A stretch of DNA of 64,000 nt from Candidatus Latescibacterota bacterium. GTDB lineage: Bacteria > Latescibacterota > UBA2968 > UBA8231. The DNA is taken from contig OZ220089.1 of the NCBI GenBank assembly GCA_964291625.2, forward strand, positions 160,001-224,000, in the 5' to 3' direction. A model generated the notes under the pieces. That model was not told the origin of the DNA and did no database searches. It saw nothing but the letters and a program-made list of their open reading frames with translations. The translations under genes and the position numbers were made by a program. Of this stretch, positions 27,049 through 38,046 are shown piece after piece (positions within the stretch are counted from its first letter, which is position 1; the number at the start of each line of letters is the position of its first letter).

Positions 27049-27852
27049 TCAGTTGCGGCGCAGCAGTTCCTCCCAGGTGTCGGCGGCTTCCCAGCCCAGC
27101 AGGCGGCGGGCCTTGTCGACGCGGTACTTCCGGTGCGGCTGCCCGGCGCAGATGAGAAAGACCTCATGGGGAGAGGGCATGGCCGGGGCTCGAAGGCCGT
27201 GGAGCATGGCCCGGCCCGTGTCCTCCCAGGAGACGGTGAAGGGACCGACGCCGCCCCCGCGCTCCTCGGGGAGGATCTCCCTCGGCCGGAAGAGGCAGTA
27301 GAGGAATGTCAGGGTCTCGACTCCTCGGCTCTCGGCGAAGACCCTGGTGATCTCGCCTCCCAGGTACTTGGTCAGCGCGTAGAGATCGTCCCCCGGGTGC
27401 AGGGGGACCTCGTCCGGTACGTCGTGGTCGTGCCAGGAGTCGGCGGCGTGGTGGAGGGCCACGTGGAAGGGCCCGGTGTGGATCAGCCGCTCGAGCCCGC
27501 ACTCGGCGGCGGCCCGGGCCACGTGGAAGGCGCCCACGGTGTTGACGGTGAAAGCCTTCTCCGGATGGTCCCTCAGGACGGTGACATTGATGGCCGCGTC
27601 CATGCCCCGGCAGGCCTCCAGGACCTGGTCGTAGCGGGTGATGTCCACGACTCTGCGCTCGTGGGGCGCAGGTAGGAGCGGGGGCAGGGGCGCCCTGGCG
27701 CTCTGGCGCCGCTCCTCGGCCACGATCCGGTCGAGGGGCGCCAGATCGGTGCAGCGCAGCGTATAGTGGTCCTTCAGGGCCTCCATCGTCGTCGCCCCCA
27801 CCGGCCCGCCGGCCCCGAAGATCACCACCTTCCCCCCGTCGACCGCGGCCAT
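27049..27852 (-). CDS. NAD-dependent epimerase/dehydratase family protein
   Basis: VVIFGAGGPVG and YALTK motif. Confidence 0.75.
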   Translation of the reverse strand: MAAVDGGKVVIFGAGGPVGATTMEALKDHYTLRCTDLAPLDRIVAEERRQSARAPLPPLLPAPHERRVVDITRYDQVLEACRGMDAAINVTVLRDHPEKAFTVNTVGAFHVARAAAECGLERLIHTGPFHVALHHAADSWHDHDVPDEVPLHPGDDLYALTKYLGGEITRVFAESRGVETLTFLYCLFRPREILPEERGGGVGPFTVSWEDTGRAMLHGLRAPAMPSPHEVFLICAGQPHRKYRVDKARRLLGWEAADTWEELLRRN

Positions 27853-27853
27853 C

Positions 27854-28495
27854 TCAACTCCCGCCGGTGAGGACGTGGTCCACGCTCCAGCAGTACCCGT
27901 CGGCAGCCGCTTCGCGGCCCAGGGCCGCGGCGACGGCCTGCACGGCTTCCCAGGAGGACGTGCCTTCCGGATCGTCGAGATCCCCCATGCGCAGACACCG
28001 CACCTCGACGGCGCCCGTGCGCGCGATCTCGCGGCAGACGAGCTCCGCCAGGTACGGCGCCAGGGACTCGCCGTCGGGGCGCGGCCGGGGACGCCACCAC
28101 GGTTCGACGACGTAGTCCGCGGGGTAGTCCTGCATGAGCGAGAAGGGACTCACGAGGACGATGCGGCCGATCCCCGCCTCGCGGGCGGTCTGCACGAGGA
28201 CGTAGGTGCCCCGGCTGAGAGCGTCCAGCCACTCCGCCTCCGCCGCGGAGCCCTCCCCCGCGGACGGACCATGGGGCTGAGCGTGGACGACGGCCGCGGC
28301 GCCCTGCAGGGCCTCGCGGGCGCCCTCGGGGAGGCGCAGGTCGGAGGATCGGTAGTCCATGACTCCATCGAGATCGGCCGCGGGACCTGGGCTCTCGCCG
28401 ATGGCGATGACCCCTCCGGCAGCAGACAGGCCCCGGCAGAGCGCCGCCCCCATGGGCCGGTCGGCTCCGGTGACGGCCACGGGGCCGGTCACCAC
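27854..28495 (-). CDS. NAD-dependent epimerase/dehydratase-like protein (degenerate)
   Basis: VAVTGADRPMG Rossmann-like start. No clear YxxxK. Confidence 0.6.
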   Translation of the reverse strand: MVTGPVAVTGADRPMGAALCRGLSAAGGVIAIGESPGPAADLDGVMDYRSSDLRLPEGAREALQGAAAVVHAQPHGPSAGEGSAAEAEWLDALSRGTYVLVQTAREAGIGRIVLVSPFSLMQDYPADYVVEPWWRPRPRPDGESLAPYLAELVCREIARTGAVEVRCLRMGDLDDPEGTSSWEAVQAVAAALGREAAADGYCWSVDHVLTGGS

Positions 28496-29307
28496 GACAG
28501 CTTGGAGGTCAGGTTGTGGAAGAAGTAACTCGGCTCGAAGTAGATCAGCCGCGCCGTGCGCTCCGAGGAGCCGATCTCCACGTCGTCGCCCGGGGCGAGC
28601 TCTCCCATGCGCCGGCCGTCAGCGGTGAGCAGAACCTCGGGCTCCCGGGTCTCGGGGCTCACATGGAGTCGCACCCGGGCCTCGGGCCGCAGGATCAGGG
28701 ACCGGGAGGTGAAGTTGTATTCGTTGATCCCGTCGAGCACGAGACAGCGGACCTCGGGGGTCACGATGGGAGCGCCCGTGGCCAGGAGGAAGCCGGTGCT
28801 CCCGGTGGGGGTGCCGACGACGACGCCGTCGCCGCATATCGTCCGGATCTTCGATCCGTCGACGAAGACGTCGATGAAGACGAGGCGGTTGCTGCTGCGT
28901 ACCAGCACCTCGTTCACGGCGCGCACCTCGCCGCCGGGGTAGCGGCAGGTGAGGGCGAGCCGCTCACTGAGGATGTAGTCACCGGCCGCCAGGCGGCCGA
29001 GGATTCCTTCCAGGTCGGAGCGGTCGCCGGCGGTGAGGAAGCCAACGGTGCCGTAGTTGATGGCCAGCACCGGGGCCTCCGGACAGAGATCCAGGGCGCG
29101 CAGGACGGTGCCGTCCCCGCCCATGGCCATCACCAGGTCGAGATCTTCCGGCGGCTGCGCACCGTCCTCCAGAACGCACAACTCGATACCGTGCCCGTGC
29201 AGCAGGCGGCGCATCTCTTCGAGGGGAAAGGGCTGTCCCTCGTCGCGCAGGAGGGCACCGATCCTGCGGAGGGAGGGCACCCCGGCCGGTCCCGTCCTAT
29301 CCGGCAC
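28489..29307 (-). CDS. nadK: NAD kinase
   Basis: GGDGT, NE, DGVVVGTPTGSTG, DG motifs. Confidence 0.9.
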   Translation of the reverse strand: MPDRTGPAGVPSLRRIGALLRDEGQPFPLEEMRRLLHGHGIELCVLEDGAQPPEDLDLVMAMGGDGTVLRALDLCPEAPVLAINYGTVGFLTAGDRSDLEGILGRLAAGDYILSERLALTCRYPGGEVRAVNEVLVRSSNRLVFIDVFVDGSKIRTICGDGVVVGTPTGSTGFLLATGAPIVTPEVRCLVLDGINEYNFTSRSLILRPEARVRLHVSPETREPEVLLTADGRRMGELAPGDDVEIGSSERTARLIYFEPSYFFHNLTSKLSW

Positions 29308-30208
29308 GCGCCTCCGTGCCGGCCTGGGCCTCGTACGCCTTGATCAGCGCCTGGGTGCCGTCGTCGGCGCCGCCGAGGCGCTCGACGATGTTGAAGTACT
29401 GGTGGGCGATACTCGTGCCCGGCAGGGCCAGCTTGACGTCGTTGGCCGCCTCGAGGACGAGCTTGAGGTCCTTCTGCTGCAAGCGCACCATGAACCCCGG
29501 ATCGAAGTCCCCCTTGAGAATCCGCGGGCCCAGATTGGTCATCTGCCAGGAGCCGGCGGCGCCGCCGGAGATGGCGTCGAGGACCTTCCCCACGTCCATG
29601 TCGGAGGCCGCCGCCAGCATCAGGGCCTCGGCCATGGCCAGGTTGGCGCAGGCCACGGCGATCTGATTGCAGGCCTTGGTCGTCTGCCCGGCGCCGCTGC
29701 CGCCGATGAGGTTGACATTCTTTCCCATGGCCTCGAAGACGGGCAGACAGTCGTCGAAGACGGACTGCTCGCCCCCTACCATGATCGACAGCGTCCCCTG
29801 CTGGGCCCCCACGTCGCCGCCGCTCACCGGCGCGTCGAGCATGTGCACGCCCGACTCCTGCAGGCGTGCGGAGATCTCGCGGGTGGCGCGGGGCGAGATG
29901 GTGCTCATGTCGATGACGGTAGCCCCCCTGCGGGCGCCGTGGACGACGCCCTCCTCGCCGAGGATCACCGCCTCCACGTCGGGGGTGTCGGTGACGATGG
30001 TGATGATCACATCGCTGCCTTCGGCCGCCTCCCTCGGGGAGGCCGCACGGAGGCCGCCGGCCTCGACCACCTCCTGCACGCCGGGACGGTCGGAGCGGTT
30101 GTAGACCTTCAGCGAAAACCCGGCCTTCATGAGATTCAGAGCCATGGGGGCGCCCATGATCCCGAGGCCGACGAAGCCGATGCGCGTCTCTGTGGGTGTG
30201 GCTGGCAT
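29297..30208 (-). CDS. garR: 2-hydroxy-3-oxopropionate reductase / 3-hydroxyisobutyrate dehydrogenase family
   Basis: IGFVGLGIMGAPMA, DAPVSGG, KACNQ, KDL. Confidence 0.8.
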   Translation of the reverse strand: MPATPTETRIGFVGLGIMGAPMALNLMKAGFSLKVYNRSDRPGVQEVVEAGGLRAASPREAAEGSDVIITIVTDTPDVEAVILGEEGVVHGARRGATVIDMSTISPRATREISARLQESGVHMLDAPVSGGDVGAQQGTLSIMVGGEQSVFDDCLPVFEAMGKNVNLIGGSGAGQTTKACNQIAVACANLAMAEALMLAAASDMDVGKVLDAISGGAAGSWQMTNLGPRILKGDFDPGFMVRLQQKDLKLVLEAANDVKLALPGTSIAHQYFNIVERLGGADDGTQALIKAYEAQAGTEARAG

Positions 30209-30227
30209 GACCAAGTGCTCTCCTGGG

Positions 30228-32045
30228 TCAGAAGTTCGAATAGAACTGGTGCCGGTTGTCCTCGATGTCGGCGTTCTCGTAGATCTGCGCGTACCACACC
30301 TGCAGCGACTCGGCGCGGCGCATCTGCAGCAGCTCCGCCTCGACCGAGGCCCGCTCCTCCTCGAAGGCGGCCTCGTCGATGGCGGTCTTCTCGGTCAGGT
30401 GCAGGAGGTAGGCGCCGTTGCCCTGGACCACGACGCCGCTCACCTGGCCGGCCTCCAGGGCGAAGGCGGCGCCGGCGAACTCGCCGCCCCGGCCGACACC
30501 GGGGACGAAGTCCATTCTCGCGAAGGGCCCGCCGGTGCGGACCTCGAGTCCCTCGGCGGCCACGGCGTCGGCAAAGCCCTGCCCCGCCTCCACCGCCTCC
30601 TTCACCGGGAGCAGCTTCTCGCCGGCGATCTCGGAGCGCTTGAGGCGCCGCACCGACGACTCCAGCTGCGGCCGGACCTCCTCGAGAGGGAGGACGCCCT
30701 CGGCCCGGCGCCCGGTGAGCTCGGCCACGAAGTACCCCGCCTCGGTGCTGCCCACGGGACTCTGCTCGCCGACCTCGCTGTCGAAGAGCCGGCCCACGAC
30801 CCAGCCCGTGCCGCCGCCCGTCACGCCCGGAAGCGACCCCCCGCGGCCGATCCAGCCGGCCTCGCGGACCTCCAGCCCCTCGCCGAGCGCCGCCTGGCGC
30901 AACCCGCCCTCGGCCGCGGCGGCCGCCAGGGCCTCGGCCCGCTCGAGGATCTCGTCTTCCGACTGCGGCGAGGCCCGGTGCTTGAGCAGGAGGTGCCGGG
31001 CCCGGACGCGCTCCTCCTCCCCGGGCTCGGCGGCGGGCCTCTCCTCTACCTTGATGAGGTGCCAGCCGTACATGGTCTGCACCGGCTGAGAGACCTCGCC
31101 CGGGGCCAAGGCGAAGGCCGCCTCCTCGAACTCGGGTACCATGGAGCCGCGGCCGAAGAGACCGAGGTCGCCGCCGTTCTCCGCGGTGCCCTCGTCGTCC
31201 GACATGGCCGACGCCATGTCGCCGAAGTCGGCTCCCGCCTCGACGATCTCGCGCCGCAGGCGAAGGATCTCCTCGGCCACCCCGGCCGAGTCCGCGGCGC
31301 TCGGTTGGCGGGGCATGAGCACGTAGATCACCTGGATCTGCTCGGGGTGCAGGAAGTCGGACTCGCGCTCCTCGTACCGGGCCCGCAGATCCTCGTCGGT
31401 CACCGTCACGCCTGCGGCCGGGACCGTCGACACCGGCACGAAGGCGTACTCGACGGTGGCCCTCTCGTTGCGGTCCTCGTAGTGCCGGCGGACCTCCTGG
31501 GGGGTCACACGGGCCGTCTCGGCCAGCAACCCCTGCAGGCGCCGGGCGATCAGCTGCTGGTGGATCATGCGCTCCACCTGGGCGATGAAGGGGCGTTGCT
31601 CCCGCACCGTGGTCTCGTCGCTGAAGATCTGCTGGTAGAGCTCGAGGTCGAACTCGCCGTCGCGCTGGAAGGCGGACAGCTCCCGAACCACGTCCGGCGG
31701 CGAGTTCCTCGCGTAGAAGGCGAGCTCCTCGTCGGTGATCTCGATGCCCAGGCGGTGGACCTCCTGGCGCAGCAGGACCTCCGAGACCAGGGCCTGCCAG
31801 ACCTCGCCCACGAGCTGATCGGTCTCCCCCCCCTCCTGCCGGCGCAGGCGCGCCGCGTTCTGCAGCGCCTGCTGGAAGAGGCGGTAGGAGACCTGCTCCC
31901 CGTTGATGGAGCCCACCACGTCCGTGCCCCGCCCAGTGGACGTGCCGGAGTAGTCGGCTCCCCATTCCACGACGATCAGCCCTACAAAGGCGAGGATCAC
32001 GAACCACATGATGATGGCCGTGCGCTCGCGCAGTTTCGTCATCAT
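30228..32045 (-). CDS. ppiD: PpiD/SurA-N domain peptidyl-prolyl isomerase chaperone
   Basis: N-terminal TM anchor, VGSINGEQVS, GGDLGLFGRGSMVPEFEEAAF, YGWHLIKV. Confidence 0.8.
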   Translation of the reverse strand: MMTKLRERTAIIMWFVILAFVGLIVVEWGADYSGTSTGRGTDVVGSINGEQVSYRLFQQALQNAARLRRQEGGETDQLVGEVWQALVSEVLLRQEVHRLGIEITDEELAFYARNSPPDVVRELSAFQRDGEFDLELYQQIFSDETTVREQRPFIAQVERMIHQQLIARRLQGLLAETARVTPQEVRRHYEDRNERATVEYAFVPVSTVPAAGVTVTDEDLRARYEERESDFLHPEQIQVIYVLMPRQPSAADSAGVAEEILRLRREIVEAGADFGDMASAMSDDEGTAENGGDLGLFGRGSMVPEFEEAAFALAPGEVSQPVQTMYGWHLIKVEERPAAEPGEEERVRARHLLLKHRASPQSEDEILERAEALAAAAAEGGLRQAALGEGLEVREAGWIGRGGSLPGVTGGGTGWVVGRLFDSEVGEQSPVGSTEAGYFVAELTGRRAEGVLPLEEVRPQLESSVRRLKRSEIAGEKLLPVKEAVEAGQGFADAVAAEGLEVRTGGPFARMDFVPGVGRGGEFAGAAFALEAGQVSGVVVQGNGAYLLHLTEKTAIDEAAFEEERASVEAELLQMRRAESLQVWYAQIYENADIEDNRHQFYSNF

Positions 32046-32051
32046 TTTGCG

Positions 32052-33074
32052 TCAGCTCTCCTGGTGGGCGCCCGCCCTGGCCGGGGCTGACGCCGGGTCT
32101 CTCAACAGGCAGGCCACGCGCCGCCCGTCTCCCGGGTCGACGAGGCCTGGCACCTCCCGACGGCAGCGGTCGCGCGCCTCGGGACAACGCGGGTGGAAGG
32201 CGCAGCCCACGGGCACCCGGGCGGGGCTGGGGACATCGCCGCCCAGCACCACTCGCTGCCGGCGGGCGGCCGGGTCCGGCACCGGCACGGCGGCCATCAG
32301 CGCCCGGGTATAGGGATGGCTCGGCGAGCCGAACAACTGGTCCCGGGTGGCAAGCTCCACGATTCGTCCCAGGTACATCACGGCCACGCGGTCGGCGACG
32401 TGCCGGATGACGCCGAGGTCGTGAGCGATGAAGAGGTACGTGAGCCCGAGATCGCGCTGGATGTCCTGGAGCAGATTCACGATCTGCCCCTGCACGGAGA
32501 CATCGAGGGCGGAGACCGGCTCATCGGCGACCACGAAGGCCGGGTTCACGGCCAGGGCCCGGGCGATGCCGATCCGTTGCCGCTGCCCGCCGCTGAACTC
32601 GTGCGGGTACCGGGAGGCGGCGCTCGCCGGCAGGCCGACCCTCTCCAGAAGCTCGGCCACCCGTGCGGACATCCGGCCCTCCACGATCCCGTGGATCCGC
32701 GGCCCCTCTCCGAGAAGGCTGCGCACCCGCATCCTCGGATTCAGGGAGCTGTACGGATCCTGGAACACCATCTGCATGTGCCGCCGCAGCGACCGCAGCT
32801 CGCGGCCGTCGAGGTCCGCGAGGTTCCGGCCCTGAAAGTACGCCGCCCCCGAGGTGGCGTCGAGGAGCCGCAGCATCAGCCGGCCGAGGGTTGTCTTGCC
32901 GCAGCCGCTCTCGCCGACGACGCCGAGGGTTTCGCCGGGCCACACCTGCAGGGAGACGTCCTCCACCGCGCGCACCCAGCCGCGGACGCGCCCCCAGGCC
33001 CCGCGGCGGACCGGGAAGTACTTGCCCAGGCCGCGGGTCTCGACGATGGGCTCCACGGCCTCAGACGGAGGCAT
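32052..33074 (-). CDS. oppF: Oligopeptide ABC transporter ATP-binding protein (OppF/AppF)
   Basis: [37 protein letters not shown]. Confidence 0.85.
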   Translation of the reverse strand: MPPSEAVEPIVETRGLGKYFPVRRGAWGRVRGWVRAVEDVSLQVWPGETLGVVGESGCGKTTLGRLMLRLLDATSGAAYFQGRNLADLDGRELRSLRRHMQMVFQDPYSSLNPRMRVRSLLGEGPRIHGIVEGRMSARVAELLERVGLPASAASRYPHEFSGGQRQRIGIARALAVNPAFVVADEPVSALDVSVQGQIVNLLQDIQRDLGLTYLFIAHDLGVIRHVADRVAVMYLGRIVELATRDQLFGSPSHPYTRALMAAVPVPDPAARRQRVVLGGDVPSPARVPVGCAFHPRCPEARDRCRREVPGLVDPGDGRRVACLLRDPASAPARAGAHQES

Positions 33075-34074
33075 CCCATCTCCAGCAGGCGGCGCCGTGG
33101 CCCGGACCGACCTCCTCCAGGGACGGGGACTCGCCGCGACAGCGGTCCTCCGCCAGTGGGCACCGGGGGTGGAAGCGGCAGCCCGAGGGGAAACCCGTGG
33201 CCTCGGGGACGCGGCCGGGGATGACCTCCAGGCGGTTCAGGGGACCCTGGAGCTGCGGGACCGAGCGCAGCAGCCCCCTCGTGTACGGATGCCGGGGGTC
33301 GGCGAAGAGCCGCGCCGTCTCCGCCGTCTCCACGATGCGCCCCGCGTACATCACCGCCACCCTGTCGGCGGTCTCGGCCACGACGCCGAGATCGTGGGTG
33401 ATCAGCAGGACGGCCATGTGGAACTCGGCCTGCAGCCGTTGCAGCAGGTCCAGGATCTGGGCCTGGGTGGTCACGTCGAGGGCCGTGGTCGGCTCGTCGG
33501 CGATGAGCACGTCGGGGGTGCAGGACAGGGCCATGGCGATCATGACCCGCTGCCGCATGCCGCCGCTGAGCTGGTGCGGGTACTCGTCGACGCGCTGCTC
33601 CGGAGCCGGGATGCCAACCCTCCGCATCATGTCGACGGCCCGCTCCCGCGCCTCCCGCCGGCCCGCGTCCCGGTGCCGGCGGACGGCCTCGGCGATCTGG
33701 TCGCCGCAGGTCAGGACCGGATTGAGGCTGGTCATCGGCTCCTGGAAGATCATGGCGATTTGGTTGCCCCGGACGCCGCGCATCTCCTCCTCCTCCAGGT
33801 CGAGGAGATCGCGCCCCCGGAGCCGGACCCGGCCCCCCTCGATCCGGCCCGGAGAGGAGACCAGCCGCAGTACGGACAGGGCGGCGAGGCTCTTGCCGCA
33901 GCCGCTCTCTCCCACCAGCCCGAGGGTCTCGCCCCGGCCGAGGTGGAAGGAGAGTCCGTCGACGGCGCGTCCGACCCCGCTCCGGGTGTGGAACCAGGTG
34001 CGCAGACCGCGCACCTCGAGGACCGGCTCCTCGCCTGACGCCGGGCCCGGGGGCGAAGGGGTCACGGCCGTCAC
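33061..34074 (-). CDS. oppD: Oligopeptide ABC transporter ATP-binding protein (OppD/AppD)
   Basis: GTG at 34074. [37 protein letters not shown]. Confidence 0.85.
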   Translation of the reverse strand: MTAVTPSPPGPASGEEPVLEVRGLRTWFHTRSGVGRAVDGLSFHLGRGETLGLVGESGCGKSLAALSVLRLVSSPGRIEGGRVRLRGRDLLDLEEEEMRGVRGNQIAMIFQEPMTSLNPVLTCGDQIAEAVRRHRDAGRREARERAVDMMRRVGIPAPEQRVDEYPHQLSGGMRQRVMIAMALSCTPDVLIADEPTTALDVTTQAQILDLLQRLQAEFHMAVLLITHDLGVVAETADRVAVMYAGRIVETAETARLFADPRHPYTRGLLRSVPQLQGPLNRLEVIPGRVPEATGFPSGCRFHPRCPLAEDRCRGESPSLEEVGPGHGAACWRWDASV

Positions 34075-34882
34075 CGGGAGAGTGGGGCGGCGTCTGTGGC
34101 CCGCAGGGCGTGACCCTCCGTGCCGTACGTCTCCCGGGCCAGGATCTCGGCCCGCCGGCGCTCCGCGGGGGTCAGTGGGGCCTCGCGAACGGGCAGCCCG
34201 AGGACCTGACCGAAGCCTGCCGCCAGGCAGTCCACGAAGCGGTCCCTGTCCAGGGGCTGCCCGGCGCACTCGGCCAGGTGCGTGCTCGCAGCCTCCAGAG
34301 ACGGATCCCCCTGCCGCGGCGCCGGGATCAACTCCGTCAGGCGCAGGTGCTCGGGCCCGGCCAGCAGGGAACCGTGCTGCAGCAGCGCCCCCCGCGTGCG
34401 GCGCTGGGCGCTGCCCACCAGCTTGCGGCCGCCGCTGGTCAACTCCCAGCGCGAGGCGCTGGCGAAGCAGGCCCCGTGCCGGGCGCCGGGACGCCCCCCG
34501 GGAGCCAACTCGACGTCGACCCCGCCGCGCCGCAGGCCCTCGGCCAGACACTCCCCGAGGATGCGGCACGCCTCCGGCAGGGGATGGGCCGCGGGGCCCT
34601 CGCCCTCGGCGCAGTGAAAGCTGTAGGTGATCTCGTTCCAGTGCAGGACCGCCCGCCCCCCGTGGGGCGGCGAACGATGTCGATGCCGAGGTCCCGGCAA
34701 CGGCCGACGTCGACGGCCTCCCGGGCGCGCTGGCCCAAACCGAGACTGACCGCCGGGGGGCTCCACCCGTAGGTGCGCAGGATCGGGCCGCCGCCGCCGC
34801 GGGCGGCGTCGAGGAGGACGTCGTCGACGGCCATGTTGAGCGCCCCCGGCAGTGCCCCCGTGTCCAGGAAGCGCATCGACAT
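34071..34882 (-). CDS. Lipoate-protein ligase A / LipM-like octanoyltransferase, frameshifted at the homopolymer 34656-34661
   Basis: NMAVDDVLL...VRRPTGG in one frame and RAVLH...[11 protein letters not shown]...LLQHGS in another. One more G in the minus-strand G run restores RRPTGGRAVLH. Confidence 0.85.
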
Positions 34883-35631
34883 CAGATCTCGCCGAGGCTC
34901 TGCAGCGCGTCCCTGGCGGCCATCTGCTGCGCCTCCTTCTTGGAGCGCCCCTGCCCCCGGCCGATGGTCTGGCCGGTGACGCTCACATCGACACTGAAGA
35001 CCTTGTCGTGGTCGGGACCGCGCTCGCCCTGCACCTGGTACCGGGGATGGCCTTCTCCCTGCCCCTGCACATGCTCGAGGAGCTTGCTCTTGAAGTTGAC
35101 GAAGTCCTCCCCGCCCACCAGCCCTTCCATGTCGTGGAGGACGACGGCCTCGACGAAGCGGCGCGCCGGCCGCAGCCCCCCGTCGAGGTAGAGGGCGCCG
35201 ATGACGGCCTCGAAGGCGTCGCTGAGGATCGAGTCCTGGTCGGCGCCGCCGGCGGCTCTCTCCTCGGGACTGAGCAGAATGTGGCCGCCCAGGTCCATCG
35301 CTCGCGCCCGGCGGGCCAGGAGAGCGCGGCTCACGGCCAGGGATTTCATCTGTGTCAGGTCTCCCTCACGCCGGTCGCGGTAGCGGCGGAACAGGTGGTC
35401 CGCCACCAGGAGGTCGAGGACGGCGTCGCCGAGGTACTCCAGGCGCTCGTTGGAATCGACCCCGTCGCAGTGGTTGGCGTACACGTAGGAGCGGTGCTTG
35501 AGGGCGTGGGCGAGGAGGCGGGGATCGCGGAACCGGTACCCGAGCCGTCTCTCCAAGTCCCGGAGCCGCGGCACCTCGGCCGCCGACGGCCTCAGGCCGA
35601 GCCGGCCGAGAGCGGCGCGAATCCAACCCAT
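34882..35631 (-). CDS. rnc: Ribonuclease III
   Basis: NERLEYLGDAVL, DAFEAVIGALYLDGG, dsRBD GPDHDKVF...SKKEAQQMAA. Confidence 0.95.
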   Translation of the reverse strand: MGWIRAALGRLGLRPSAAEVPRLRDLERRLGYRFRDPRLLAHALKHRSYVYANHCDGVDSNERLEYLGDAVLDLLVADHLFRRYRDRREGDLTQMKSLAVSRALLARRARAMDLGGHILLSPEERAAGGADQDSILSDAFEAVIGALYLDGGLRPARRFVEAVVLHDMEGLVGGEDFVNFKSKLLEHVQGQGEGHPRYQVQGERGPDHDKVFSVDVSVTGQTIGRGQGRSKKEAQQMAARDALQSLGEI

Positions 35632-35668
35632 CCGCTGGCGGGGAGGATCCGTCGGCAAAGGCGGGTCC

Positions 35669-36916
35669 TCAGGCGGCGCGGGTGAAGACGAGGGCGGCGT
35701 TGTGGCCGCCGAAACCGAAGGAGTTGTTCATCACGCCGTCGACCTGCACCTCTCGGGCCTCGTTGGCCACGTAGTCGAGATCGCAGGCCGGGTCGGGGGT
35801 TTCGTAGTTGATCGTCGGTGGCAGCACTCCGTTCTTGAGGGCGAGCAGGCAGGCGATGCTCTCGACGGCGCCCGCGGCGCCGAGGAGGTGCCCGGTCATC
35901 GACTTGGTGGAGCTCACGGCCAGCCCCTGTGCCCGGTCGCCGAAAACGCCTTTCAGCGCCGCCGTTTCCTGCGGGTCACCGACCACGGTGGAGGTGCCGT
36001 GGGCGTTGACGTAGCCGATCCCCCCCGGGTCGAGGCGGGCGTCCTCCAGGGCCAGGCGCATCGCCCGGGCGCCGCCCTCTCCCTCGGGAGCCATGTCGGT
36101 GATGTGGTAGGCGTCGGCGGTGAATCCGAGTCCGCGGAACTCGCCGTAGATTTCGGCGCCCCGGCGGCGGGCATGCTCGTACTCCTCCAGAACCAGGGCC
36201 CCCGCCCCCTCGCCGAGGACGAAGCCGGAGCGGTCGGCGTCGAAGGGCCGGCTCGCCCGCCGCGGCTCGTCGTTGCGCACGGACAGGGCCCGGGCGGCGG
36301 CGAAGCCGGCCACGGACAGAGGCGTGACGGCGGCCTCGGTGCCGCCGGTGACCATGACATCGGCGTCGCCGTACTGGATCTTGCGCCCCGCCTCGCCGAT
36401 GGCGTGGGCGGCCGAGGCGCAGGCCGACACGGTGGTGTAGTTGGGGCCTCGGGCGCCGAGCTTGATGGAGATCATCCCCGCCGACATGTCGCTGATGATC
36501 ATGGGGACGAAGAACGGGCTCAGGCGCCCCGGCCCGCGCTCGCTGAGCACGGAGTGCTGGTCCTCGAGGGTGGCGATGCCGCCGATGCCCGAGCCGAAGA
36601 TGACGCCTACGCGCTCGGACCGGAGGCGGTCCATGTCGAGGCCGGCGTCGGCGAAGGCCTGCGTGGCCGCATGCACGCCGTACTGGACGAAGGCGTCGTT
36701 GCGGCGAACCTCCTTGCGGTCGAGGCAGGACTCGGGGTCGAAGCCCTTGACCTCCCCCGCGATCGTGACCTTCTGGCCGGTGGTGTCGAAGCGGGTGATG
36801 GGCCCGATGCCGGAACGGCCGTTGGTCAGGGCGTCCCAGTAGGCGACGGGATCGTTGCCGTTCGGGGCCAGCACCCCGAGTCCGGTGACCACCACTCTCC
36901 GCCGCTCCACGACCAC
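35669..36916 (-). CDS. fabF: Beta-ketoacyl-ACP synthase II
   Basis: VVVTGLG, SACAS, NAHGTST, KSMTGHLLGAAG, NSFGFGG. Confidence 0.95.
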   Translation of the reverse strand: MVVERRRVVVTGLGVLAPNGNDPVAYWDALTNGRSGIGPITRFDTTGQKVTIAGEVKGFDPESCLDRKEVRRNDAFVQYGVHAATQAFADAGLDMDRLRSERVGVIFGSGIGGIATLEDQHSVLSERGPGRLSPFFVPMIISDMSAGMISIKLGARGPNYTTVSACASAAHAIGEAGRKIQYGDADVMVTGGTEAAVTPLSVAGFAAARALSVRNDEPRRASRPFDADRSGFVLGEGAGALVLEEYEHARRRGAEIYGEFRGLGFTADAYHITDMAPEGEGGARAMRLALEDARLDPGGIGYVNAHGTSTVVGDPQETAALKGVFGDRAQGLAVSSTKSMTGHLLGAAGAVESIACLLALKNGVLPPTINYETPDPACDLDYVANEAREVQVDGVMNNSFGFGGHNAALVFTRAA

Positions 36917-36920
36917 CGCC

Positions 36921-37160
36921 TCAGGCCTTGGCGTTCTCTTCGAGGTACTGAATGGCGTCGGTGACGGAAACGATCTTCTCGGCGTCCTCGTCGGGGATAT
37001 CGAGGCCGAACTCCTCCTCGAAGGCCATGACCAGCTCGACCGTGTCGAGCGAGTCGGCGCCGAGGTCGTCGATGAAGGACGCCTCCCTGGTCACCTGCTC
37101 GGCATTGACGCCGAGCTGTTCGACGATCAGGTCGCGTACCCGCTCTTCGATGGTTGGCAT
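36921..37160 (-). CDS. acpP: Acyl carrier protein
   Basis: [20 protein letters not shown]. Confidence 0.97.
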   Translation of the reverse strand: MPTIEERVRDLIVEQLGVNAEQVTREASFIDDLGADSLDTVELVMAFEEEFGLDIPDEDAEKIVSVTDAIQYLEENAKA

Positions 37161-37280
37161 GCAGGTCTCCTCCTTGTGCGCTTGCCGAATCGGGGGTGGG
37201 CAACGTTACCCGGGCGGTTCACCTATATATGCAGGGTCCTGAGACGGCGCAACCGGGATCCTGGATCCCGCGCCGCCCGG

Positions 37281-38027
37281 CTACATCGTCATGCCGCCGT
37301 CGACGGCCAGCACCTGCCCGGTGATGTAGGCGGCCCGTTGGGAAGCGAGAAAAGCCACGGCGTCGGCCACCTCCTCCGGTGTGCCCGTCCGGGCCAGTGG
37401 CACGTGAGCCATCAGGTGCTCGACGGCCTCCTCCGGGAGCTCGGCCGTCATTCCCGTATCCGGGACGTACCCAGGGGCGACGACGTTGACGGTGACCCCG
37501 CGCGAGGCCATCTCGCGGGCCAGGCTCTTGGTGAAGCCGATCAGTCCCGCCTTCGAGGCCGAGTAGTTGGCCTGGCCGGCGTTGCCCACGATCCCCGCCA
37601 CGGAGGAGATGGAGATGATCCGCCCCTCCCGGGCGCGCATCATCGGCCGGGCCGCCGCCTTGGTGCAGTGGAAGGCGCCCTTGAGATTGGTCGCCAGCAC
37701 CGCGTCCCAGTCCTCCTCCTTCATGCGCAGCAGGAGGTTGTCGCGCCGGATGCCGGCGTTGTTGACGAGGATGTGGATGCCCCCCAGCTCGGAGATCGTC
37801 CGCTTCACGGTCTCCGCTGCCTGGCCGGCGTTGGAGACGTCCGCCGCGCATGCGAGGGACGGCACCCCCAGGGCGGCGATCTCGGCGGCCGTGGACTCCG
37901 CCGCCGACTCCGTGCGCGCGCAGACGGCCACGGCCGCGCCCTCCGCCGCAAGGCGCAGGGCGATCGCCCGCCCGATGCCGCGGGATCCGCCGGTGACCAG
38001 GGCTGCCTTGCCGTCGAGATCTGCCAT
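37281..38027 (-). CDS. fabG: 3-oxoacyl-ACP reductase
   Basis: TGGSRGIG, NNAG, GNAGQANYSASKAG, within the fab cluster. Confidence 0.95.
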   Translation of the reverse strand: MADLDGKAALVTGGSRGIGRAIALRLAAEGAAVAVCARTESAAESTAAEIAALGVPSLACAADVSNAGQAAETVKRTISELGGIHILVNNAGIRRDNLLLRMKEEDWDAVLATNLKGAFHCTKAAARPMMRAREGRIISISSVAGIVGNAGQANYSASKAGLIGFTKSLAREMASRGVTVNVVAPGYVPDTGMTAELPEEAVEHLMAHVPLARTGTPEEVADAVAFLASQRAAYITGQVLAVDGGMTM

Positions 38028-38046
38028 CGCTCTCCCTCGTGGGAAT

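Noticed and set aside
37224-37270. Internal acpP promoter (TTGCGC-N17-TATATA) and CGGGATCC-T-GGATCCCG palindrome
   Set aside because: Plausible, but the -10 lacks the conserved final T, and internal acpP promoters are ordinary
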